Positions 34,589 through 43,665 of a stretch of DNA of 64,000 nucleotides are shown here, piece after piece. The notes beneath the pieces were generated by a model, which searched no databases, was not told the DNA's origin, and saw only the letters and a program-made list of their open reading frames with translations. Location of the stretch: the IMG/VR virus record IMGVR_UViG_3300047548_001236, positions 218,856 to 282,855 of that record; one strand, 5' to 3'. Made by a program: the position numbers and the translations under genes. Within the stretch, counting starts at the first letter, position 1; every line of letters starts with the position of its first letter.

Positions 34589-34712
34589 TCAGTAAACCCT
34601 TTTGATAAAGAAACATCCTCATCGTATGCATAAACACCTTGGGATAGTGATCGGGGTTGACCATTTGATGTTTGTTTTGTTGCACGAACTCTTCGATCAA
34701 TTCGTCAGTCAA
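34581..34712 (-). CDS. Small hypothetical protein, 43 aa (TTG start; not in ORF track)
   Basis: MTDELIEEFVQQNKHQMVNPDHYPKVFMHTMRMFLYQKGLLNE; NP.HYP motif seen in small T4-like proteins. Confidence 0.5.
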   Translation of the reverse strand: MTDELIEEFVQQNKHQMVNPDHYPKVFMHTMRMFLYQKGLLNE

Positions 34713-34980
34713 TTCCAAATAGCGCTCTGACATCACGTTTTATTTCCATCGCTTTGGGAGTCAAGACATCATCTTCTTCGAGTGCAAATTCTCTGAGAAG
34801 AAACACAAGATGGTCCTTCAACTCGTCTGTTGGTTGGTTTGTTTCAAATATTGGTATTTCTTCGATATGTCCAGACGGAAGTCGTAAAGTGTATATGTCA
34901 AACCCTTCGCTATGTCGTTCAACTCGAAAAAACGGATAGTATATTGTTTCGTATGACTTGCCGTCGTGCTCAATCTTCAT
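34705..34980 (-). CDS. Hypothetical protein
   Basis: GGTGA SD before ATG 34980. Confidence 0.55.
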   Translation of the reverse strand: MKIEHDGKSYETIYYPFFRVERHSEGFDIYTLRLPSGHIEEIPIFETNQPTDELKDHLVFLLREFALEEDDVLTPKAMEIKRDVRALFGID

Positions 34981-35197
34981 AACAGTCACCGTACTCGCTT
35001 CCAATACGCTGATACATCTCCATCATATCTTCACTGAGCTTTTCTGCTCGTGCTTTCAGATGAGGAGTTTTATCGACGAACGGGTGGTCGAGTACGTATT
35101 GGTTAAACATTTCCATAACGAGAAACATTCGGTCAAGAGATTCGTGGGCATACCATTGGTCTAATACAACGGGACCTGATCTATCAATTCTTGGCAT
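34970..35197 (-). CDS. Small hypothetical protein
   Basis: Tight packing. Confidence 0.55.
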   Translation of the reverse strand: MPRIDRSGPVVLDQWYAHESLDRMFLVMEMFNQYVLDHPFVDKTPHLKARAEKLSEDMMEMYQRIGSEYGDCYED

Positions 35198-35489
35198 ACT
35201 GCTTCCCATACACTAGCTTTTCATATAAGAAATACTCAGCACTTCCAATTTTGTAACTGTCGCCTAGTTTGGAGAGAAGCATGTCAATTTCCGATAGAGA
35301 CAAATCAACCGTTTCTTTTGTAACGTGACCGCCTCTTGCTTCCACCTCTGCAAACAATTCGTGGTCATCAAAATCACTGATATCGTAAGAAACAGGCTCA
35401 CCTCGACTCTCTAGCTCTTCACGCAGCTCATCGTCTGTAAAGGCGCTGAGATCTATATCAATACTCGCAGTTGTTTCAAATGTTGGCAT
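35184..35489 (-). CDS. Small acidic protein with internal repeat (DLSAFTDDELREELESRG / DISDFDDHELFAEVEARG)
   Basis: Two-copy internal repeat visible in the translation; GAGGAG SD. Confidence 0.65.
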   Translation of the reverse strand: MPTFETTASIDIDLSAFTDDELREELESRGEPVSYDISDFDDHELFAEVEARGGHVTKETVDLSLSEIDMLLSKLGDSYKIGSAEYFLYEKLVYGKQYAKN

Positions 35490-35733
35490 GTGGGGGATTC
35501 TCCTCGTAATAGTCATATGGAAGATCTGAACAGGGCATGTTTTTATACCAAAAGCGATATATGAGCTCTGGACAACTGCTGTCTCTAACAGAGCGTGGAT
35601 AGCCTTGCTCGACTATCCACGCATCCATTTGCTCTGGTTTGAGCCATTCTGGTACGATTTTTGGAAAACCGTATCTCCATCCATCAGGAACGTCAACAAG
35701 CAGTACTGTTACAGTTTGTTGCTGACTTGCCAT
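35476..35733 (-). CDS. Small hypothetical protein (VDVPDGWRYGFPK motif)
   Basis: Start moved to MASQQQ (CAGGA SD). Confidence 0.55.
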   Translation of the reverse strand: MASQQQTVTVLLVDVPDGWRYGFPKIVPEWLKPEQMDAWIVEQGYPRSVRDSSCPELIYRFWYKNMPCSDLPYDYYEENPPHANI

Positions 35734-35858
35734 TTCCTGAAATCCTCGTAAAAAAGATACCATAGAACAGGAAATACAACTGCCCAACTGCCCGCCATAA
35801 TGGCCCCAGCAGCAAAGTCTGCAATAACAACACATACTACATAATCGTACCAGCGCAT
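35709..35858 (-). CDS. Small membrane protein, 49 aa (not in ORF track)
   Basis: MRWYDYVVCVVIADFAAGAIMAGSWAVVFPVLWYLFYEDFRKWQVSNKL; GAGGAG SD. Confidence 0.55.
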   Translation of the reverse strand: MRWYDYVVCVVIADFAAGAIMAGSWAVVFPVLWYLFYEDFRKWQVSNKL

Positions 35859-35867
35859 AGCATCTCC

Positions 35868-36398
35868 TCAGATTGCTGTTGTTTGTGAAAACCTTCTTAC
35901 AATTTCCACGCTATTGTCAGTGTAGAAAACGTGGCTTCCTACTCGACCTACCATCTCCAAACGTCGGGCCCATCTCGGTGTGTAACCCAGAGCTTCGGGG
36001 TTGATAAAGTGCGTAGCACCATTGTTAAAGTAGTTGGCCGACCCATTCATGAGGGATTCAGCGATCTCTACAGCGACAATCCATGATTCGATTTCACGAG
36101 GTGTCTTATCACGGCGCGACGTCCATGAAAATTGACCATCCTGATAGACAACTTCACAGATTGAGTCAGGATAATTGTCTGACCGAACACGGTTGAGAGT
36201 TACCTCTCCGACCATCTGCATTGCCATCACTTGTTCGGCATAGGTTTTACCATCCCCTCTCGCCTCAAAGTACATGTTTAGAGCGAGAGTCGTGACTTCG
36301 TCGATCGGATCTTTAGGATCGCAATGCTTGGCGACCGCAGCAGAACCGAAAACAGCAATGCAAAGGGCCGCCACAAAGGGAAGAATATACTTCTTCAT
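35868..36398 (-). CDS. sleB: Cell wall hydrolase, SleB/Hydrolase_2 family, with signal peptide
   Basis: LALNMYFEARG, VTLNRV, YPDSICEVVYQ..QFSW, GATHF, VGSHVFY. Confidence 0.88.
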   Translation of the reverse strand: MKKYILPFVAALCIAVFGSAAVAKHCDPKDPIDEVTTLALNMYFEARGDGKTYAEQVMAMQMVGEVTLNRVRSDNYPDSICEVVYQDGQFSWTSRRDKTPREIESWIVAVEIAESLMNGSANYFNNGATHFINPEALGYTPRWARRLEMVGRVGSHVFYTDNSVEIVRRFSQTTAI

Positions 36399-36426
36399 TT
36401 GTAGTTCCTTCTAGTTGGTTTGAGTT

Positions 36427-36455
36427 AACATAAACCAACCAGGACAATAGATCAA
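36427..36455 (-). promoter_or_regulatory. Sigma70-type promoter TTGATC-N17-TATGTT with the -10 box in an 8-bp inverted repeat loop
   Basis: 17-nt spacer; GTTGGTTT (36414-36421) / AAACCAAC (36432-36439). Confidence 0.5.
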
Positions 36456-36467
36456 GCGTTATGCTTG

Positions 36468-36926
36468 TTATGGTGCGCTCAGCCTTTTCCTGAGTAAGGT
36501 AGTAAGTTCGTCGAAAGTATTAAGAACTGGTGTCCTGGTTAGTTCGCTAGTGATGACGACGTTTCCTTTGCGGAAGTAGCCGTCGGGGCAACAGACTAAA
36601 GCCTGCTTACCTGATCCAATCACGTAACCGAGTTCCATCAACGTGATGGGTGATTGTGTGTTTGGATCGAAGTAGAACACCACAAGGTCGGCCTTGTGAA
36701 TGTGTTCAAGCTCCCACGAGACCTGCTCGTGGAACTGTGTGCCGGGAGTCGGATCCTGCTTCCAAGATGAATCCCAGTCATCACGTCGCGGGTTAAACAG
36801 GACAACGTCCTCTATATCCGCAACAGTTGCAGCAAGACGATCTTGCCACATCTCGGCTTTTCCCATCTCGATGGAACCGGCCAAGAAAACGGTCTTAACT
36901 CTATTTGGTGCTTTCACATGTATCAT
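36468..36926 (-). CDS. Nucleoside 2-deoxyribosyltransferase-like protein
   Basis: VFLAGSI, NPRR, QVSWELEHI, SPITLMELG, GYFRKGNV. Confidence 0.82.
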   Translation of the reverse strand: MIHVKAPNRVKTVFLAGSIEMGKAEMWQDRLAATVADIEDVVLFNPRRDDWDSSWKQDPTPGTQFHEQVSWELEHIHKADLVVFYFDPNTQSPITLMELGYVIGSGKQALVCCPDGYFRKGNVVITSELTRTPVLNTFDELTTLLRKRLSAP

Positions 36927-36941
36927 AACAAACTCTTTTGA

Positions 36942-37292
36942 TTATAGATCAGAAGAGTGGTGTATTACTTGCCACACATCTCTCTGATCACCCTTAGTGA
37001 CGATTGTAAGTTGGTGTTGTTCAGAACCGTTATATTTGGAGTAGACGTGTTCGGTGACAACACCAGGACGATATGTTTTTGTCTGATATCGATAACCGGA
37101 AGCCATCACCCACTCATGCAGATGTTCATGCTTCATCTTGATGGACATACGATCATTGATATAGCCGACACCACCATCCTCAGTCATAACCTTGTGAAAA
37201 TCTTTCAACTCTTCATCAAGGTTGAGAATACCCGAATCTTGTTCGGGCATGTATATCACACTTTCGCTGAGAATCTGCTTGAACGTTTTCAT
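36942..37292 (-). CDS. Putative capsid-targeted internal head protein
   Basis: Starts MKTFKQILSE; own late-type promoter CATAAATA 26 nt upstream. Confidence 0.65.
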   Translation of the reverse strand: MKTFKQILSESVIYMPEQDSGILNLDEELKDFHKVMTEDGGVGYINDRMSIKMKHEHLHEWVMASGYRYQTKTYRPGVVTEHVYSKYNGSEQHQLTIVTKGDQRDVWQVIHHSSDL

Positions 37293-37318
37293 ATAGCACC
37301 TTTTGTTGATAATGCTAG

Positions 37319-37326
37319 TATTTATG
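37319..37326 (-). promoter_or_regulatory. Late promoter variant CATAAATA
   Basis: 7/8 match to T4 TATAAATA, directly upstream of a CTS-bearing gene. Confidence 0.55.
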
Positions 37327-37327
37327 C

Positions 37328-37567
37328 TCAACCCTTATTCAGGCCAGCCGAGTCGATGAGCAGCCATAGACCCAACTTTTCCAAAGCGTTCATCTCGTCA
37401 ATGCCCGCAGCAACTAACCGTAGCTTCTGCTCTAAAGCATCGAGAGCTTCGTAGACGTCTTTCTCTGGCACGTAACCATAGTTATATTGATACGTTAGTT
37501 TGATGCAATCAAACCCAGGATTGTACGGCTTCAAGTTAGCACGAAGCTGCTCGATTGTAACAGACAT
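37328..37567 (-). CDS. Small hypothetical protein
   Basis: Abuts the upstream stop; AAGGA SD. Confidence 0.55.
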   Translation of the reverse strand: MSVTIEQLRANLKPYNPGFDCIKLTYQYNYGYVPEKDVYEALDALEQKLRLVAAGIDEMNALEKLGLWLLIDSAGLNKG

Positions 37568-37765
37568 TTACTTTTCCTTTATGTCAAAAGACGCCATTAG
37601 ATGCTCAGCCAATGTAAGGTTTGAGCCGAAGAACTTACCGCCAAATTGCTCATCAAAGCACCAGCGATAAAGTTGTTCGTCGTCCCAGTCTACTGCAGAT
37701 GTGTTTGTCTGCCTTTCGATCTCCATTGCGATTTTCTCGCGTAGTGTTAGATTTGGTTTCATCAT
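37568..37765 (-). CDS. Small hypothetical protein
   Basis: GAGGG SD. Confidence 0.5.
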   Translation of the reverse strand: MMKPNLTLREKIAMEIERQTNTSAVDWDDEQLYRWCFDEQFGGKFFGSNLTLAEHLMASFDIKEK

Positions 37766-37792
37766 ACCCTCATCGTTGCTCGAAAGTCAATT

Positions 37793-37817
37793 AAAAAGAG
37801 GGCCGAAGCCCTCTTTT
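37793..37817 (-). terminator. Intrinsic terminator with C(UUCG)G loop after nrdJ
   Basis: Minus strand AAAAGAGGGC-TTCG-GCCCTCTTTTT. Confidence 0.88.
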
Positions 37818-37818
37818 C

Positions 37819-40062
37819 TTAAATGGCACATCCAATCGGACCAGCACACGCAGCAGCCGCTGTCGTGTCAATATCTGTAAACTTCTTCGACTCAAGTTGT
37901 GTCGCGAAATCAACGGACTTGTAGTTTTCCTGGATCTTTGCCCACTTGTGTAGCAAGTAGACGGCTTTCAAGCAATATTCAGCACGCTTGCGGTCGCCAT
38001 TGAAGTAGGTCTTAGCATACTTGTCGAAACGACGAATCCAATCAGCGCGAATGTCAGCCTTCTCCTGGTTGCCTTCATTGTCGCCGAAGTTTGCGATCAT
38101 AATAGCAGACCACAGATTATCGAAGATCTTGACACCATCAACAATCAGACCCGAAGCGAACATTGCACCACGTCCATACTTACGGGTGATCTCCTCTTCC
38201 GTTTCAATAGCTGTAAAAGGAGCTTGCGCGAAGTCCTTGTCACCGCTGGAGGCAAGAAGGCTAACACCAGCAAACGAGTGACGGTTCTCAAACAGATACT
38301 CTTCAACCTCATCCCACTGAGTAGGTAGAACGTCGATTGTATTGGATACGTTGTGACGTACTGTAGGATCTACGCAAAGCGACTCGTCAGTGCCATACTC
38401 GACCCAGTTCTGTTGAATAAGTTTGACCTTTTCAAGCAGGTTAACGCCATACAGATCAGTCTTCCAGATTGAGGTCTTTGGTGCAATGACAGGGAATGAA
38501 ATCACATAGTCCGTCTTGTTTTGCGACCAGACGGATTCTTCCACCATGTAAGGATTGACAGCTTTGATCAGCTGTGCCACTTCCGAGTCCTTGTTCATTT
38601 GCATGTTGCGGATATACAGAGGAGCTTGTTCACCGTGAACACCAGAAGCGGTCTTCAACAGAACCGAAGCGTTACCGGCAGGCTTAACACATGTAGTACG
38701 AGCAGCAGGATTAATTCCAATAATCTTAGCAACGTGACGATTGACTTCACGAACAAGCGTTGCACCCTTCTGCAGAATTTCAGGCTGCAGAAGAATCTGT
38801 GGGTTGTTCATCCAACCAGTGATCGAAACACCGAGCAGAGCCTCACGATCAAAGATTTTCTTCGAAATATCGCCAATAAACTTGAAGTTTGTGTATCCAG
38901 CTTGCAATGTTCCAAGAATAGCTGCACCACGGCATGCTCTCATGAACTCTTCAACAGAGTTAGCCTTCGCACCGTTGATTTCTGTTAGGTTGCAGCCTTG
39001 CCAACCAGAATGCTTTTCACCATTCTCGTCGATGAATACCGGATACTTACCGATTTCAACACAAGGGTTGTAAGTATGCTCTGTCGACTCAGTAAACACA
39101 AAACCAGGCTCACCAAACTCACGGACAGATTGCATCAGCTTGTGGAACTGCTCACGATCAGCTGTTGAACGGACGATCAGAGCAGAGTTGTTCGAACGGC
39201 CACGCTGAGGATTCTCAATGAACCAGTTGCCCGTCTTTGCCTTCATCATTTCTTCGTCGTCGGGCGAGAATAGGAAGATCGTGGCGGAACGACGCACACC
39301 ACCAGCTAGAACAGCATCAGCCAAGTGCATGGAGATATCATACACGTGGATTGGTGATAGCTGAGTAGCGCCTTTAAGAACCAGACCTTGTAACAGATGC
39401 TCAATCTTGTCAAGCGCGCGACGCAGGGGTTCAGGACCAGGAGCTTTGAAGCCGCCGCTAATCAACGCACCCTTTTCACGAATCTTCGAAAGGTCGAAGT
39501 ACACACGACGTCCTTCGTATTCTGGATGCTTACCACCGCCTACGAAATACGAGGAAAGCAGAACATCAGCACAGTCAGCCCATCCTTCAATGCTATCTTC
39601 TGGGGTGAAGATCTTTGCTTGCTTGGAACGGTTTTGGATCTTCGGCAGCTTAGCGATATGATGCTTCTGGACGGATACGCCAGCACCTGCTCCACACAAT
39701 AGCACATAGAAGAACTCGCCAAAGAACTCAGCACGATCCGCATACGTACTGGTGCAGTTGTACAGTCTCATTTGATGCTTGAGTAACTGCTCACCACCGA
39801 ATTGAAGAGCGCGTTGTGCACCAAGGAAGTACTTTTGTTTGTATAGTTGCTCCGCCTCATCCATCAGAGCAGACAGCTCATCCGTCATCTTATCTTTGTA
39901 GAACTGACGGTGCATAGACATCACGCGCTCGACAGCTTCATCCCACGTTTCGTATCTGTTTTTGGAATCGTTCCATCTCGAATATCCTTCGAAAAACTTT
40001 GCGTCGGACATCATATCTCGTGTGTCGCGATCGCCATTAAGATATATGACATTATCGGTCAT
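37819..40062 (-). CDS. nrdJ: Class II (adenosylcobalamin-dependent) ribonucleoside-triphosphate reductase, RTPR type
   Basis: LYNCT, AGGVRRSATI, YNPCVEI, QGCNLTEIN, TTCVKPAGNAS, C-terminal CAGPIGC; no intron or intein apparent. Confidence 0.9.
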   Translation of the reverse strand: MTDNVIYLNGDRDTRDMMSDAKFFEGYSRWNDSKNRYETWDEAVERVMSMHRQFYKDKMTDELSALMDEAEQLYKQKYFLGAQRALQFGGEQLLKHQMRLYNCTSTYADRAEFFGEFFYVLLCGAGAGVSVQKHHIAKLPKIQNRSKQAKIFTPEDSIEGWADCADVLLSSYFVGGGKHPEYEGRRVYFDLSKIREKGALISGGFKAPGPEPLRRALDKIEHLLQGLVLKGATQLSPIHVYDISMHLADAVLAGGVRRSATIFLFSPDDEEMMKAKTGNWFIENPQRGRSNNSALIVRSTADREQFHKLMQSVREFGEPGFVFTESTEHTYNPCVEIGKYPVFIDENGEKHSGWQGCNLTEINGAKANSVEEFMRACRGAAILGTLQAGYTNFKFIGDISKKIFDREALLGVSITGWMNNPQILLQPEILQKGATLVREVNRHVAKIIGINPAARTTCVKPAGNASVLLKTASGVHGEQAPLYIRNMQMNKDSEVAQLIKAVNPYMVEESVWSQNKTDYVISFPVIAPKTSIWKTDLYGVNLLEKVKLIQQNWVEYGTDESLCVDPTVRHNVSNTIDVLPTQWDEVEEYLFENRHSFAGVSLLASSGDKDFAQAPFTAIETEEEITRKYGRGAMFASGLIVDGVKIFDNLWSAIMIANFGDNEGNQEKADIRADWIRRFDKYAKTYFNGDRKRAEYCLKAVYLLHKWAKIQENYKSVDFATQLESKKFTDIDTTAAAACAGPIGCAI

Positions 40063-40097
40063 GCTTTCCTCTTTTTGTTATAGTTGATGAGTTGTCG

Positions 40098-40125
40098 ACA
40101 CGAGTTTTTGAAAAAAATCTCGTGT
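40098..40125 (-). promoter_or_regulatory. Hairpin in the nrdJ 5' leader
   Basis: mRNA ACACGAG-A-UUUUU-UUC-AAAAA-CUCGUGU between the late promoter and the SD. Confidence 0.45.
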
Positions 40126-40158
40126 TGTGTAAAAGTCGGTTATTAGAGCTGCGTTTTG

Positions 40159-40166
40159 TATTTATA
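40159..40166 (-). promoter_or_regulatory. T4-type late promoter TATAAATA upstream of nrdJ
   Basis: Exact consensus in the intergenic gap. Confidence 0.65.
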
Positions 40167-40181
40167 CACACGCCTATGGCG

Positions 40182-41072
40182 TTAGACAGCCATAGGCATC
40201 TTTATTTCAGCATGGTGTGTGTATCCTTCTAGTACAAACATTTTCGTAGCATCGAAAGGAAACTTGTGCTGCAGACCATCTTGCAGGTCAAACTCAGGAT
40301 CAATCTTAAGTGTTGGCAGTGGGTGGGGTTCACGTTCGATCAATTGTTTCATTGCATCGATATGATTGTTGTATATATGAGCATCCCCTATCGTATGTAC
40401 ATAGTCACCGACTCCAAGACCACATTCTCTTGCAATCATATGAGTTAACAACGCGTATGATGCAATGTTGAATGGAACACCTAGACCAACGTCAGCAGAC
40501 CTTTGATACATTTGACAGGACAAAAGACCGTTGACTACACGGAATTGTGTAAGCAGGTGACAGGGTGGTAAAGCCATGTCATCTAGTAGTAGCGGGTTCC
40601 AAGCAGTTAGAATAATTCTTCGAGAATCGGGCGTGCTCTTAATTTGTTTGAGAATTTGTTGTATCTGATCTACGCCAGACACGGAGACTGGGTAGTAGTC
40701 AAAGTGGCGCCAGTTAAAACCGTAGACGGGACCTAGTTCTTTAATATATTCATCGTTGTAGTGTCCGAGATCTACTCCTTGCTTGTCAGCATTTGCTGTC
40801 CAGATTGTTGTTTTACCAACCAGCTCATCCCTCGGCTTACCGTATGTCAGCTCAGCTAAGCGACGTTCATCTGTCGACCCCTCTAAGAACCACAACAGCT
40901 CCGCGACGACAGACTTCCATGCTAGCTTTTTTGTAGTAACAGCAGGGAACCCTTCTTGCAGGTTGAAACGCATCTGATATCCAAACAGCGATTTAGTTCC
41001 AACACCTGTTCTATCTGAAACGTCCACTCCGTTTTCCAAAACATCTTTGACAAGTTGTTGGTATTGTTTCAT
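40182..41072 (-). CDS. thyA: Thymidylate synthase
   Basis: DRTGVGT, FPAVTTKK, LGPVYGFNWR, SRRII, ALPPCH, YQRSADVGLGVPFNIASY, GDAHIY; uninterrupted. Confidence 0.97.
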   Translation of the reverse strand: MKQYQQLVKDVLENGVDVSDRTGVGTKSLFGYQMRFNLQEGFPAVTTKKLAWKSVVAELLWFLEGSTDERRLAELTYGKPRDELVGKTTIWTANADKQGVDLGHYNDEYIKELGPVYGFNWRHFDYYPVSVSGVDQIQQILKQIKSTPDSRRIILTAWNPLLLDDMALPPCHLLTQFRVVNGLLSCQMYQRSADVGLGVPFNIASYALLTHMIARECGLGVGDYVHTIGDAHIYNNHIDAMKQLIEREPHPLPTLKIDPEFDLQDGLQHKFPFDATKMFVLEGYTHHAEIKMPMAV

Positions 41073-41329
41073 TGGGTTATCTCCGCAACAGTAAAGGAAC
41101 AATGATTTTTGAACGGCGAGTTGCTGAAAATTTCTCTGAATGCTGTTTTATAGTTTTCAACCCCGTCTTCTGTCAAAGGACCAAAACGATAAACCATTTT
41201 GTGGATTGATGTCATCGATGGTTGGTATTCCTTTTCATAAGATGAGAATCTCAACAAACGAATAACGGTGTCAAAGTTATCTTCAATCGGGATCACAACA
41301 GTGAGGACGAAGAATTGGGGTTCTTTCAT
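41069..41329 (-). CDS. Small hypothetical protein
   Basis: ATGA overlaps at both ends. Confidence 0.55.
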   Translation of the reverse strand: MKEPQFFVLTVVIPIEDNFDTVIRLLRFSSYEKEYQPSMTSIHKMVYRFGPLTEDGVENYKTAFREIFSNSPFKNHCSFTVAEITQ

Positions 41330-41814
41330 AGTCTTCTCCATATACTAAACGTGCATTCTGATGTCTTCTGCACAGCTGTCATTTGAACGAAACGATCCAA
41401 GAGAACAGGATCGAAAAATGTGTCGCATTGATAGGTTCCGTGAAATCGTGTCAAATAGACGAAATCACAGTGTGGAATTGCTTGCTTGTAGATCTGCCCT
41501 CCACCAATGATCCATATCTTCTTTGGAAAGAAACGATCGTTTAGTTCTTTTAGTACAGCAGAATCAAACCCCGCCACTCTAATATCAGGCGAACCTTCGA
41601 TACTACTTATGTCTGATGAAACAACGCAGTTGACACGTTTCGGTAAACACTTGTTGCCTAACGATTGCCAAGTTTTCCTTCCCATCACAACGACACCGTC
41701 CATTGTATTCTCTCGAAACCATTTCATATCGTATTCGTTACGAGGCCAGGGCAAGTCGTTGTTGTTACCTATTCCCCAGTTATCGTCACATGCTAGAATT
41801 GCATTTACTGTCAC
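41326..41814 (-). CDS. folA: Dihydrofolate reductase
   Basis: IGNNNDLPW, DMKWFRENT, VVMGRKTWQSL, LPKRVNCV, IIGGGQIY, CDTFF. Confidence 0.95.
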   Translation of the reverse strand: MTVNAILACDDNWGIGNNNDLPWPRNEYDMKWFRENTMDGVVVMGRKTWQSLGNKCLPKRVNCVVSSDISSIEGSPDIRVAGFDSAVLKELNDRFFPKKIWIIGGGQIYKQAIPHCDFVYLTRFHGTYQCDTFFDPVLLDRFVQMTAVQKTSECTFSIWRRL

Positions 41815-42833
41815 GTTTTTCTCCACATTGCTAGTTTCAGGTTGGCTTCAAGCCCCTTGTATGTATTTGCTCTGATAATCGACTCGATGTCTTGGATACC
41901 AGCGAGAACCATATCATTAATGTCCTTTTGTTGTATGTTAGTTGGCCATATACACACGGACATGCCCTGACGAATCAATCTCTCAATCCTCTTATGGATC
42001 TCTTTGTTTCTAGGTTCATTATCGAACACGAAAGTTGCATTGGATGGGTTGTCGATACCCTCGAAGCTTCCATCAGCTCCTGCCATTGCTACTGCATTAT
42101 TCAAGAACAGCGAGTCTATAGGTCCCTCAACAACGAAATATGGCTTGTTGAAATCGACCTTATCGAGACCGAAGATTTTCGGTTTGTCTTGGAACATAAT
42201 TGTTAGATACCGTAACCCGTCAGGATCGAATCCTCTGCCTGTCAGACCAAAGCAAACTCCTTTCTTGTCGATAAACGGCAAGATTAAACGAGGATGATCT
42301 TTGTCTGTGTTTTGAAACTTGCCTGGCAGATTGCTGTTGATCCACTGCATGAACTTTGGGGCGTAAAACAATCTGTAGTGCTGATGAGAAGGTATCTTTC
42401 TCTTCTGTATGTATTTTTTCACAGGGTGGTCTGGTTGAAGCTGACTAATCTTTTTGATCTTCTTCAACGGATCCGTCATGATCTTCGGAGTGTTCGTTTT
42501 GAACTCTTCGGGTGACGTGTTTGAGCTTACTATTCCACCCTTCACCTTGCCAATGTACTTAGCTGACAGGTATTGGTTGTATACTAGCGGATCGACAGTT
42601 TTGATAAAGTTGTGGAAGTTGAGGCTTGCACTGCAGTTGTGGCAATAATAATGAAAGGACCCGTCTTTCGGATCCTCTAAAAGCCAGCCTCTAGCTTTGA
42701 TCTTAGATTTTTGTGAGTCCCCGCATATGGGGCATCTAAAGTTGATCTGGTAAGGATTTGTCGCCTTGATCTTGAAACGGTCAAGCCTATTTGATAGTTG
42801 CGTAGCGTGTTGTAGATCAACTATATCTACCAT
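41811..42833 (-). CDS. gp61: DNA primase (T4 gp61-like)
   Basis: Zn finger CPICGDSQKS...YCHNC; TOPRIM VVEGPIDSLF, VFDNEPRN, KDINDM. Confidence 0.95.
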   Translation of the reverse strand: MVDIVDLQHATQLSNRLDRFKIKATNPYQINFRCPICGDSQKSKIKARGWLLEDPKDGSFHYYCHNCSASLNFHNFIKTVDPLVYNQYLSAKYIGKVKGGIVSSNTSPEEFKTNTPKIMTDPLKKIKKISQLQPDHPVKKYIQKRKIPSHQHYRLFYAPKFMQWINSNLPGKFQNTDKDHPRLILPFIDKKGVCFGLTGRGFDPDGLRYLTIMFQDKPKIFGLDKVDFNKPYFVVEGPIDSLFLNNAVAMAGADGSFEGIDNPSNATFVFDNEPRNKEIHKRIERLIRQGMSVCIWPTNIQQKDINDMVLAGIQDIESIIRANTYKGLEANLKLAMWRKT

Positions 42834-42866
42834 AATGAAGCCCTTTATTGAAAATATACATTAATC

Positions 42867-42895
42867 AGTATATCTCCGCAAGGGCGTGTTGTCAA
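42867..42895 (-). promoter_or_regulatory. Sigma70 consensus promoter TTGACA-N17-TATACT for the primase/folA/thyA run
   Basis: Near-perfect consensus with 17-nt spacer. Confidence 0.8.
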
Positions 42896-43359
42896 CCACC
42901 AAAGAGCGAGGTCCAAGGAATCTTACTTATAATCAGAACGATAACAGCGGTGATGCCCGCAGCATACCATCTCCACCCTTCCAAGGAAGCAATTCTCTTG
43001 TCCTGTTCTTCTAGCTTAGCGTTCAGAGTGTCGGACATCTTCTCGATTGCGTCCATCATCTGCTTGTGTCTTGCGTCTCGATCCGCTTCGATTTTTGTAG
43101 CCATGTCGTCAAGACGTTTGCTTAGCTCTTTTCTAAATTCTGCCTCGTCGTTGTTGTGCTTCACGAGATTTTCCTCTAGTAGTGTTATTCTTCGGGCGTC
43201 ATTTTCTAGAGTCTTCTCTTGCACGGCTAGGGACTTGGAAATCTCCGATATTTGTTCGAGAGTGTCGTCCACTTTTTTGTAAACCTGGCTTATCTGAGTG
43301 ATGTCACGTTTGATAACAGCAACGTCTGTCTTGATGGTATTTATCTCATTGTCGGTCAT
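42892..43359 (-). CDS. Coiled-coil protein with C-terminal TM (XhlA/holin-like)
   Basis: Long heptad region then WRWYAAGITAVIVLIISKIPW; directly downstream of the holin. Confidence 0.6.
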   Translation of the reverse strand: MTDNEINTIKTDVAVIKRDITQISQVYKKVDDTLEQISEISKSLAVQEKTLENDARRITLLEENLVKHNNDEAEFRKELSKRLDDMATKIEADRDARHKQMMDAIEKMSDTLNAKLEEQDKRIASLEGWRWYAAGITAVIVLIISKIPWTSLFGG

Positions 43360-43660
43360 CTGGTGCTTCCTCTGATGTGTCCTGACCCTCCTGATACGTC
43401 GTCCTCAGCCTTTCGATCTTCTCCTTGCCTCTTGTGAAAGCGGAAATACCAAGTACGGCACCCATAGCAGCGTGGAATATACCACCAGATAAAAGGGTTA
43501 GCGGTGCCCATTGCAAAGTCACGGCTCCTGCTGCATATGCTTGCAAGATGCTCCACAAAATTGGAGCGACGATGAAGTCGAAGAGTATGATGACCATGTA
43601 GGCCACAGCCATCATCGGACGCCAGTATTTTTGAAGCCAGGTATCTTTTTTGCTACTCAT
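43346..43660 (-). CDS. Holin (3TM holin family, GTA-release type)
   Basis: WRPMMAVAY..IILFDFIVAP...GIFHAAMGAVLG...RGKEK; next to the spanins. Confidence 0.72.
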   Translation of the reverse strand: MSSKKDTWLQKYWRPMMAVAYMVIILFDFIVAPILWSILQAYAAGAVTLQWAPLTLLSGGIFHAAMGAVLGISAFTRGKEKIERLRTTYQEGQDTSEEAPDDRQ

Positions 43661-43665
43661 GACAC

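Noticed and set aside
36924-36946. AGAG-loop hairpin before the nucleoside 2-deoxyribosyltransferase-like gene as a degenerate NAD element
   Set aside because: Single weak, bulged AU-rich stem with no upstream partner hairpin; compatible with chance.
37761-37790. TTGACT-N18-TATGAT promoter after the nrdJ terminator
   Set aside because: The -10 box overlaps the predicted start codon of the downstream ORF and the spacing is non-optimal; cannot be supported without TSS data.
38521-39702. Plus-strand ORFs inside nrdJ suggesting an intron- or intein-encoded endonuclease
   Set aside because: nrdJ is a continuous 747-aa frame of normal size with no splice-junction or LAGLIDADG/HNH motifs. thyA is likewise uninterrupted.
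40063-40158. Cobalamin riboswitch or NrdR box in the nrdJ leader
   Set aside because: The leader is under 100 nt with one AU-rich hairpin, too short for a B12 riboswitch, and has no match to the NrdR palindrome.
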